Positions 53,603 through 64,000 of a stretch of DNA of 64,000 bases are shown piece after piece. The translations under genes were made by a program, and so were the position numbers. How positions within the stretch are numbered: the stretch's first letter is position 1; each line of letters opens with the position of its first letter. The notes under the pieces are model-generated. The model ran no database searches, was not told the DNA's origin, and saw only the letters and a program-made list of their open reading frames with translations. Origin of the DNA: Camelus ferus (Eukaryota); the NCBI RefSeq assembly GCF_009834535.1, contig NC_045707.1, positions 50,284,001 to 50,348,000 of the forward strand. Direction: 5' to 3'.

Positions 53603-54318
53603 TCTGTTTCATTTTTTTAAATATTTACTTAACAGGATGTTAAAATTTGGGAGGATTTAAAAATAACAAAATCACACAAAATTCCATTACTTTAATATAA
53701 CTATTTTGAAAATTATTATTCAAATGTTTACATATTTTGTCATAATTTTACTTATACTTTCATCTATTTTACATCTGTTTTCTTTGTGATTTTATTTACT
53801 ATTTCATCATAAATGTTATATATTTTCCTATAAGAAATTTGCAGCTATGGCTTTATAATGTTTCATTGTGTTGATGTCACATTATTCACTCGGTCAGTCT
53901 CTAATGTTGAATTCTATTTTTCCCCTATCATTCATAATATCAAAACAAACATCTCTCTACTTTTTTGCCTTTCCTGATTTTCTTTTCCTAAAAATATATT
54001 CCTTACAGGACAATGACTGAATCCAAGAGGAAGAACATCTTTATGGGGCCTGTTATACATTTCTGTATTGGTTTTCCAAAAATTTTATACAAAATTTTAA
54101 TACCTTCTTAATGATTGAAGATTATTTTGCCAATTTTATTTTTATTAACAAATTAGCCCTTCAGAGCTCTTTCCTAAAACAAAGATCTTGTCCTAGAGAA
54201 GTGTTCTTTTGAACTGTCTTTGCTGTACACATGTTTCTGAGAATCTAATTAAGCCTATGGACCTTTTCCCCATTAAAGTAAATTCCTTCAGCCATGGAGT
54301 GACATGCATGTGCATACC

Positions 54319-54320
54319 TA

Positions 54321-54356
<36 letters not shown>
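54319..54356. repeat. (CA)n microsatellite
   Basis: TACACACATACACACACACACACACACACACACAC read directly. Confidence 0.9.
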
Positions 54357-54359
<3 letters not shown>

Positions 54360-56742
54360 CTACACTTAATTTCAGGCACTTGATGAGCTCCTCTGAACCC
54401 TGTTCAATGGACTCTTGTGTAAGACCACAATCTCTAGAGAAAGTGCCTTTCAGACCATGAGCACCAAATTCCTTTGCTATTGAGAAATTCAAACAGACAA
54501 AATGGAATCACTGACTCACTGAGGTACTATAATCTGGGATTTATATGTTGCTCTTTCCCTTACCATCATGATTATGGTGCTAAAATCTACGGCCACAGAG
54601 AGTGATGAGAAGCTGATTTTTCTAGCCTTTGCCCAATTCCTGTCCCTTAACGTTGCTCCATTAGCTTGGATTTATTGGCTAGAAACATGATTACTATATA
54701 GGCTGGGTACACAAGCTTTATCTAGTCCAAAAAATGAGCAAAACAGGAAGCTGAAATGGGGATTGAGTGTGAGAAACTTGGAGAAAAATAATAGAAAGAG
54801 CATGTGGAAGTAAGACTGGCATATTCTGCAGTACTGTTCAGTCTTACATGATAAAATGCATATGGAGGAACTGAAATTAGAACTCTTGGTAACCATGGGA
54901 ACAGCACTATTATGGCTCAGTTGTTAGAAAAACAGCCCTGGGATTTCTGTGCAATGGAAATGATTGTTTAGATAATGATACATCTCCAGTGTGAGGACTG
55001 ATAGTGAGGTGCCAGCATAATTGGAAATAGTGGGCCAAAATATGAGGAACTTCTAAAATCCAGGTTTCCAAAGTATTTCTCCTTGAAATAAATACAATTA
55101 AGCTTTATAGGAAATTCCAGCATTTGGCAATCTGCAAAGTGACATTGAAATTTTATGGACATAATTTCCTATATGTCCAGAATTTTCCATATTCCTCCTC
55201 TTTGTATATGCTATATTTAGCAGTTTTTCAGTAGCTTGCTCCTGGAAAAAAGTCATGTGAGATTTCTATTATTCTAGTCTCCAAATCCCAGAGTTAATTT
55301 TAGAAAGAGAGTTTAGAAGTTAAGTGCAGAGTAATCTCAAAAGAGGAAATTTATCTACATATAAGGAAGTATTTAGTTTTGTGTGATCTTTGTTACGAAG
55401 AAACTTTGTAATAATAAAACAATTAACATTTAATTCAAACATAACATGTTGTATCAGGAGCCATGCTTCTTGCTTCCAAAGACAAAGGCGGCCACCAAAT
55501 TGTTTCTATCAGTTTTGATATTTGTAGAATGTTAAACTGAGGCTCAGGAATGTTAAGTGATATTTCTAAGGTAATAAAGTGTAAGTAACCAAATGATGAC
55601 TGGACCTCTCTCCTCAGTCCATGTCTTATTATATCCAAACCTTGTGCTCTTCCCACTACTCCATGTAGTCACTAAGATCTGCGTCTGCTAATTTTGCTAC
55701 AAACAGACATGTGTGTTGTTTCTGATTCTCTGCAAAATTGAGAATTCATATTGCTGTTCCTGATGCCTGGTATACACTTCCCTTCATTCATACAGCCTCC
55801 TATTCATGGCTCAGGTCAAATGCCACATCCTTGCATTAAACTTTCCTGTATCAACCCAGTTGAACCATCTCCAACTCCTTGACATTTCCATGACATTTAA
55901 TTTTACATTTTGTATGTTCTTTTATAATCTTCTTCTTTTGCTGAGTCCATGTTTGATTTAGCTACTTGAAGTTACCTTATACATCATAAAAGCCCACACA
56001 CTCATTCATCATAGGTTGCTAGTTTCGTCAAATGACCAGATTGTGTTGGTTTCTGGATATCTTCAGGTAACCAGACAAAAGAGAAGAGGAAAAGTTGCAG
56101 GAATATGGTTAATAATTTAAAAAGTATAATGTTTTAATCCTTTCCCTCCTTCTGAGGGAAGTTTCTATAGAATGAGTAGTTTCTGTAGCATGCATAAAAG
56201 CTTGCTTGGGAAGAAAGCTTTGGAAGAAGACTGAAAAGAATTCCTTTTAGTGCTCAAAAAGGCATGAAACCTAGGGTTTCATGCAACTGCATTAAGCTAA
56301 ATAGTTGATAATTTAATACATAGACTTATTTTCAGTGGCTCCAAGACCTCAGAAAAAGTGCAGCTTCATCAACCTAACTGACATCAATGATAACCACAAC
56401 TATTGTAAACCCAAAACATTTAATTTCTCCAAAGGAATTTCTAGATCTATTCACTGCCAGATACGTTGTTTCCTTCTCTATATCTGAAACATCGTTTTGC
56501 AGAACTGGTCTAACTATGGCAAACTCTGTTTAAAAACTTTGCTGTCCTTCTGAGTTTAACTGACTGCTTTAAAAATGCTTGTTGCCCCCAAGTTTATGAG
56601 TCCAGGCACAGGCGTGGAATGGCAGAATCTCTACAAGCTACAGATTGTTGAAAGTATCAACATACTACCTGTTTTTTCTTACCTGCTTTATTTAGCCATT
56701 TTAACATGATCATATTTTTCACTGGACTCAAATTGTATATAT

Positions 56743-57053
56743 ATACATATTTTTCTTTCTTTTTCTTTTTAAGATTTTCTTTTGCAAGCATGGATTTTTT
56801 AAAAACTTTTATTTTTTTTTATTGAAGTGTAGTTGATATACTGTTAGTTTTAGGTGTACAGAAAAGTGATTCAGTTTTATATATATACATATTCAAATTC
56901 TTTTTAATTATAGCTTTTTAAAGAAATTGAATATAGTTCCCTGTGCTATACAGTAGGTTCTTAGTGTTTTATATATAGTAGTGTGTATCTGCTAATCTTA
57001 AACTCCTAATTTATCCCTTCCTCCCCTCATTCCCCTTTGGTAACCATAGTTTG
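56743..57053 (-). mobile_element. Short L1 3' end with long T-rich tail
   Basis: TATTGAAGTGTAGTTGATATAC ... CCCTGTGCTATACAGTAGG ... GGTAACCATAGTTTG. Candidate TSD TCAAATTGTATATAT (56728-56742) / TCAAACTGTATGTAT (57054-57068). Confidence 0.85.
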
Positions 57054-60000
57054 TCAAACTGTATGTATTTATTTATCAGTTAGAGCTGGAGTTCTGCTCC
57101 AGAAACCTCTGTCAAAATTAAAACCATTTTTCTTCCTATTGAGATGGAAGCAGAGGAGAGAAATTGGGAACAAAGTTTTCTTGGCTGATCCAAGGGAAGT
57201 TGAGTTGACTTGGGGATAAACTATAAGGACTCCGTGTCTGTGTTAGCTGGGTGGAGGCAGTAATCACAGTGGCCCTACCTCTAGGACACTTAAAGCTTTT
57301 GACCTACAAATGAAGTTAATTTCCTCTATCTATGTGATTGAAAATCTGTTTTAGGATCTCACTAGACCTAAATATTCCATAGCCTGTACTTGCATCAGTG
57401 GCTTATTGATGTGGAATTTTTTTTTTTTATAGGTCTCTGGAGAGACTGACACTAGATGCTCTGTAGTGCTCATAAGAATGTTTATTTCAGTCATCCACAT
57501 TTCAAAAGAGAGGGACTTGGAGGAAAAGGCAGCCACAAAAATGTATTGTTTTGAAACTAAATCTGTGAGAAAAATAGAAATGAACTTTTAAAGTGAAATA
57601 AAGGCAAAGCAAAATATTAAGGCCTGTTAGGTGGCCACGGCCATCTCTGTGACCGTGAGTCCTTTTTCTTGGAGATAGTAATATGTGATGCCAGAGAAAA
57701 ATATTTTGCACTTACTCAGCAATTAAAGGTAAGAGGTTGTGAAACTCTAAATGAGCGGTGGGGGGGGGGGGGAGAGGTAAAGGGCTGAGTTTGAGTGAGT
57801 AAAGGAAGATAAATCAGATGAGATTGCATGTTGCTGACACTCACCAGGGTTGCTCAACAGTAATATCTGACAAACAGCAAGAGAAAAAGGAAACATTTTG
57901 GCAGAGTCAGCCACCCTCAGAATCTCTCTTCAAAACCCTACTAAGAAATCCCCACCACTGGATGAGTTATTTCCTCTTTCTGCTGTATGAGTACAATGGG
58001 AAAAAAAACAGACCCTAGAGCTGAAATATTGAAGTTAGGAAACAGTGCCATGAGAAATAACACAATAACGAATTAGACTGAAAGGCCTAGAGGTACGGAT
58101 TTTCATCTGGAGGCTTGGATTTAGTCAAGTCCGTTTTGGCACCATGATACTTCGACTATCTTGTCAGGCTGTTATGTATGGTCTTTTGTTTACGACTGTC
58201 CTCGTTACCCTTGGTTTTGTTCATTCCTTCTTCCTGCCTGGATTCCAGTGGAGCTGCACCTCCACTCTCTTTGGCCCTGCTAGATCTGCCTTCACATTCC
58301 TGTGCTGTCTTTAAAATCCAACTTAGAGCCATCTTTCTTCCAAGAAAACTTAGTTGTCCAAAGCCACCTTTAATCTTTTTCTCTTTCTAATATTTTTAGC
58401 TGTTAATTAAATTGGTTACAGTGTCTTTTCTACACAAGTTATTTATACATTTCCTGCTGTCTCTACTGAGTTGAAGTCTCCAGAGGGCAAAAGGCTTGTC
58501 ATAAACATCCTTATGTTTCCTATAACATGTACTCAGTGATATGAGGGATATAAAAAGCTAATATGATATGTCAATGTTTATCAACTTAAAGTATAAACTA
58601 ACTCACTAATTTTAACAGAGATTAGCAAGATCCTAAGCAAAAGTCCTTTAACTTTCTTCCAGTTAAAACTAATTAACCTGTATCTTCTTTTACTTTGCTA
58701 TGAAAAATGCTGATGAAACAAACAAGACTAATTATGTTTTGGAAAAAATCTGGAAAAGCTATTTTATTTTTATTTTAGAATTTTTTGATTAAAAAGGAAA
58801 AAAAAAAAGAAATTAATTCTACCTCCCTTTGAGTTCCTTGGAGTCACAAGCCCATATGGTTATCTTATTGGCTTCAGATTAAAGGCATGGAAGATTCTAG
58901 AATCTTTTAATTCTTTCTCTTTTTGAAAAGAAATCTTTTAAACAGAGCTTTGTATCGTGAAAAAAGAAACAGAACAACCATCACTAGATCTTTTGGTTTT
59001 CTCTCTTCCTTTTCCCACCCAAGCCTCTCAAAGGTATAGTTTATGCCAGTTGGCTACGCTTTCGAGATATGACTTCAATTCTTAACTGTTTGCAATTAAC
59101 TGACTTTGATCTTCATCACACTCCAAAAATAGTTCTCTCAAAGGTCAGTTGTGACCTCCTTTTTGTCAAAATCTCTCAGCAGCATTTGCTGATAACCTCC
59201 TTCTTGTGACTCCCTGCTGCCTTGGCTTTGACTTTGCTCTTCCCTAGATTTTCTTCTAGGGAGGGGAAAATTAATTTGTTGAACACACTTGTGTTCAGGA
59301 GCTTTCTGTGCATCATGTATTTGAGCTTCATGACCACTCTCTGGGGCAGGAAGCACTCTTGCACACTATCACTCAAGGATAGATATTTCTGTTTTGTCCC
59401 ATTGGCCAGTTATTTGAGAGAGGGGTGGGTCCAGTGTGCCTTAGCTAGTTGCAAGTTCCTTGAGAGTGGAATCTGCACCCTCCACCTCTTCTCTATCACT
59501 CATAGTGCCTGACACAGCAAATATTTTCAGGGCTTAATAAATATTTGTTGACTAATTATAGATGAAAGTGCTCAGATCTTGACGATGAAGACTAACATGA
59601 ACATTGACCAGTTTTTGTTGAATATCTCTGTTTGCCAAAGGCTAGAAGAGCCCTCCTTTCATAAACTATCTTAAAAAAAAACAAACAACAACAAAAAACA
59701 AACCAAAACAAAACAAACTTCATGAAAAGATCATGTTTGACACTAAGATTAGAAAATGATTAGCAACGGTCACATGTAGGCCAGCATAGGTTTCCTTCCA
59801 AGGACAGGAGCCTCTGAATTAGATCAGGGTGATTATATTTATTATCTGCTCTAGGCAGCTTTGGCCTAAGTCAGATGCAGTGAGTTTGTGCTTTCTCTCT
59901 GACACACAGATATCTTACCCCTCACTTCCATGTGAGATGAGGCTGGGGCCTGGGTGAAACGGGATAGTGGGGGAGGTGCGGATGAAGTTAGTCTGTGTCA

Positions 60001-60149
60001 CCCTCTCCATTTCCTCTTATACTCCCTCTATCGCCTTTCAGTTCCCCATTTCCCACCAGGTGCCAGAGGGGTTATGGTTCCCCATAATCCTTCTTGTCAT
60101 GGGGGAAGTAGTGGGAACTAATCTTTTTTTTTTAAGTGTGCCTACTACT

Positions 60150-60350
60150 AAGCCTGCACATAGTTGGGTGTTTGGCATCATTGTTTCACTTGTAGTCTCT
60201 TGGCAACTCCAAAAGATAGATTTTATTATTTTTCTAGCACAGAGATTGAAACAGACGCTTTAGAAGGATAGGATACTTGTCCAAATTATACAGCTTGTAT
60301 ACACAAATGTGGAATTTAAAGTTTAGCCTGTCTGACTCCAAAACTTCTGG
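60150..60350 (-). mobile_element. MIR SINE, degraded
   Basis: ACTTGTCCAAATTATACAGCTTGTA ... TTTAGCCTGTCTGACTCCAAAAC. Confidence 0.6.
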
Positions 60351-61279
60351 GTTCTTTATATTGTACAAAATTATCTCATCAGAAGGAGAGGAATGATATA
60401 AAATTGTTTCCCACTGAGGGCTTTGTAGTGTATGGCAGAGAGAGCACAAACTTTTTTCCAGTAAAGCTCTAGCAGATTTGTCATGGGCAGAGGGTCAGGA
60501 AGTTTGAGGTGGAGGAGGCTATATTTTCTCTTTGGGCAGGATCTTCTTGTCCTTATACATGCTCCATAGCACTGCACCTGGTATCTCCAGCTAAGAATCC
60601 TTAGATGCCATAGATAGATAACATAGAATTCAACATTTAGAGACTTTTTTCTTTGATGGACATTCTTTTATTGGTCCTGAGAAAATGAATTTAATGTGCT
60701 AGGTTCTTCCTTTTAATCAAAGGAAGTGCTTGGGTTAAAATAAGGAGCAAAACCCTCCCATCAGCACTAAGTTAAATGACCACGGAAGTTTGTGTGCAGC
60801 ATTCAGATGAATCCCTCCGCACAGGTTGATGTCGTGGTGCGCACCTGTGACCTACTGGGTGATGCAATCTTGCAGGATTTTGGAAGTTTCTTCAGGGCAA
60901 GGATCATAGGTGGAACAGTGAATGAGTCTTCCTTATACCCAGAATGGACATCCAAGGAATGAAAACATACTATATATATATTTTTAATTAAATACTCCTG
61001 AAAATGAATCCACTTACACTTAAATATTTTCTTTTAATAATTAAAAGAACCATAATTGGGTTTGTATCTTAAGGAAAATTAAATCTCATAGTGATAATTA
61101 GTTTATTCTTACTTTAAAATAAACAAGTTAAATTATATTTAGCACTTGAGGTAAGCTATTTAGCACAAAGTAAGGTATTTAGCACAAAGGTAAATCAAAT
61201 GCTGATAATTCTTCTCAGCCTAATTTTTCTAATAAAATTGTATGAAAGCAACATTGAAATCTTTACTTAATGTATATAT

Positions 61280-61605
61280 TCCTTTTGTAGTGTTATCAAA
61301 TAGGGTTTATTTTTGCCTTAAGTGAGGGCTTTATCAATTTTCCTAGGGTCTTCCTTAATTCTTTTTATCAAATAGTTCTTTTTTTTGGCCATGGCTATCA
61401 CATCAGTATCCTTGTTGATTTCCTCTTCATTAATTTTTAATAGGTCCACCTTTGCCAATTCTTTGTGTGTGAACGTGAACGTGCGGTCCAAGAAGTTTTC
61501 CAACATCACTTTCATCAATCGTATGAAATGCTACAACTTTTGCAATGCTTGTCATTTTGCTTGGCAGCCTATTGCACTGCATTTGCACTGTTTGATTGAG
61601 TACCT
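61280..61605 (-). mobile_element. Tigger/pogo-like transposase C-terminal relic
   Basis: Minus-strand frames give SIAKVVAFHTIDESDVGKLL then, after a frameshift, THKELAKVDLLKINEEEINKD. This resembles the acidic C-terminus of Tigger-family transposases (by-eye similarity). Confidence 0.5.
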
Positions 61606-63101
61606 ATAACAGCTACACCATCAGTCAGAGTTGGTATTGATGTGATGGGTGGAGATACAAGCTGGGTGTTAAATACAGTGGGATAAGCGGTGACTAGTAT
61701 TACAAGCAATCAATCAGCCCCTTTATGAGTATTTTTGTGTTATGGTGCCTCTTTGCTTCCCTAAGCAACCATGTAATTGTGGGATGGGGCATAATGCATG
61801 TTCAAATAATAAGGACTCCCTCGGCTCAAATAATTGTTGAATGGAATGGAACTGACCTTGCCTGGATCTGCTCTCAACCTATAAATGTAACAGATGTTAG
61901 AAGCCTACAGGCTTGGGTTGCACAGAGATGAATTAAATCCTTTCCCAACTATTTTGGTGTGCATGAATAGAGCTGAAAGCATTCCAGAACTCCTAGAATG
62001 TTAAATCTCAAATCTAGAGATCTGCTTAAAGGCCCATAATTATCTCTGTTGTGATGCCTTTCAACAGATCTAAGAAGTTGAGTAGTTTTGATTCAAGATG
62101 CACTAAGAGGATGGTCAAAAATGAATGAGACTTAGGATCCAGGCCTTTCTATTGCTGCTATTTTTTGGGGGGGTGGGGGTAGAGTAGGTGGGGAGGCACA
62201 TTAGCTTCAATAGATTTCAATACTGTGCTCTTTATTTCTTTTAACTTCATTTATCATCATATTCTGTGTTGGTATAACTTAATAAAGAAGAACCACTTTT
62301 CCTTTTTTTAAGTATTTTGGATATAACAGGTCAGTGGGAGAGGATGAACACACTTGCCCTTCATCTTTCTCTAACTTCACAAATATGACCACATATTTGA
62401 ATAGTATTTTTTGCCAAGTACAAAAACATTTCAAAGTAATAACATTTTTTCCATAGGTAGGGAGAATAATGATGGTTTCTTTGCCACTTCCTTTTTGCTC
62501 CTTTAACATGCTGTTTAGATGCTTTTTTTCCCTTTTTGCTCCTATTATAGTTGGATGTGAGGTTTTGATTAATTCTGTATTTTTCATCCTGCTGAACTGC
62601 AGATTTCTTGAAGGCAAAACCTCTGTCTTATTTTGTTTCACGTGCCCAGGATCTGACATAGGACTCTATAAATGTCTGTTCTTTGTTCTTTAATTAAGCT
62701 AGAAATGAAGAACCCGGCTTAGAAAGGAAGGAAATGGTACATTGTTGTGGAAATGAAGGCGGTTGTACTAACTTTGCAAGGACAGGAAATAAAACAAGGT
62801 TAACTGGTGGAAGGTAGGACAGAGGGTAGGTTCTCTGTGGTGTATTGTGAAAGGGGCAGAGGCCAAAGTACAATGACTATTTCACTGAGAAAACAAATAA
62901 ACGAACTGGAACATTCTTGCCCAAGCACTTACAAACTTGGAGTCAGTGCGCAGTTAGGTGCTCTATGCTAGTGACAAGGTATGAAGCCATCTGTGTTGTC
63001 TCTTAGGCCTTTTAATTTACACTCTTGAAAAAGTGCTTCCCAATAGGAAATGACCCTCTTTAATGACGTGTCAATGAAGCTTAGACAGTGTTTACTATAA
63101 G

Positions 63102-63169
63102 GTGATGGAATCTCTTTAAAGTGGGGATTTTAATCTCCCCAAATCTCCATTTTAAGGAGGTTTCATTAT
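63102..63169 (+). other. 29-bp stem-loop (pre-miRNA-like; possibly a miniature Tigger-type palindromic MITE)
   Basis: 63102-63130 pairs with 63141-63169 without bulges: 22 Watson-Crick and 7 G-U pairs, 10-nt loop TAATCTCCCC. Confidence 0.6.
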
Positions 63170-64000
63170 ATCAGAAATTTCCAATGACACACCCAAAGAG
63201 GGCACAAAGGTTTTCTGGAAGCCATATGTCTGCAGAATGTATCCACAGACCTGTGAAGAAAGAAGAGCTTAATTAGACAGATGAGCAATTTCCTGAAAAG
63301 GCCTATGCAGGCGTTGGATTACATTCATTTCCTCTAAAAGAGGCATGAAAACTATGATGATGAACAGCTCACTGTCTTGGAGCTTAGCCATTCTCCAGTT
63401 TATCTATACTTGGTGGGAGTGAAGGAAGGAGGATGCTCCTACTTTTGAAGCTGGGTTCTCTTAGTCATGAATGTTGGATTTCTTCTACGCAGAATGTGTG
63501 TTCAGTTGAGCTTCAGATTATCAGAAGGTGAGATCCCACTTTGTGGCTTGCCCTTGGTTAAGTGGAGATCACTTTGGCCAGAAGAGTGTTCTCAGCCATC
63601 TCTCCCTGCTTTCAGTGGCTCAGGAAATAGAAACTAATTTTGATTTCAACTAATCCCAAACTTGATGAGGAACAGAAATATAATGCTACTACTTTAAAGC
63701 ATGACATTCGTGCCAAAGCCAACATATACTTTAAAAAATATTCTACTGATTCTTTCCCATTTGATTTATCCATATAATCTTGGTCTTTCCATTTTAGAGC
63801 TTATGATGGAGAGTTTGCTGTACTGGAAATTAATAAATGATTTCATCAGTATCAAAACACTAACACTGACTTGGAAGATCAGAGTCGAAAGCCCTGTCTG
63901 GGTGGTATGGACTTTCGCTTCCGTTTCTCAGTGCTTCTACTTATTTCAAATAAAGGAAGTTTGTAAGTCTTGTGTAGTTTCCTTGTGCTCACTTGTCTTT

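Noticed and set aside
57433..57728. Plus-strand exon candidate (poly-T TAG acceptor, AAG|GTAAGA donor)
   Set aside because: No frame stays open across it and the acceptor is just a T-run; unsupported without RNA data.
1..64000. Scattered AP-1 (TGACTCA/TGAGTCA) sites
   Set aside because: Several are expected by chance in 64 kb, and I could not establish enrichment or clustering by eye.

Overview
This is AT-rich, CpG-depleted eutherian mammal DNA, intronic or intergenic. I found no CpG island, no recognisable protein-coding gene, and no rRNA, tRNA or CRISPR array. Much of the window is decayed interspersed repeat: L2, MIR, MaLR/ERVL LTRs, HAL1, old and younger L1, and hAT/Tigger DNA elements. 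Almost all listed ORFs look like chance frames. The exceptions are an L1 ORF2 fragment (14112-14585) and a degenerate Tigger-like transposase relic (~61.3-61.6 kb). The younger L1 3' ends look cetartiodactyl-like, and I recognised no Alu, B1/B2, Can-SINE, Bov-A/BovB, PRE-1 or CHR SINE, which tentatively suggests a camelid-like genome (inference). The most notable structures are: a 29-bp hairpin whose seven non-Watson-Crick pairs are all G-U on the + strand (63102-63169); a ~140-bp inverted repeat around a ~360-bp spacer (26115-26769); a nested two-unit palindrome (49231-49450); a tail-less internal L1 fragment with a perfect 15-bp target-site duplication; and a 5'-inverted L1 with a nested L1 end. 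Repeat family names come from recalled consensus sequences and boundaries are approximate. I cannot support a novel multi-gene system here.
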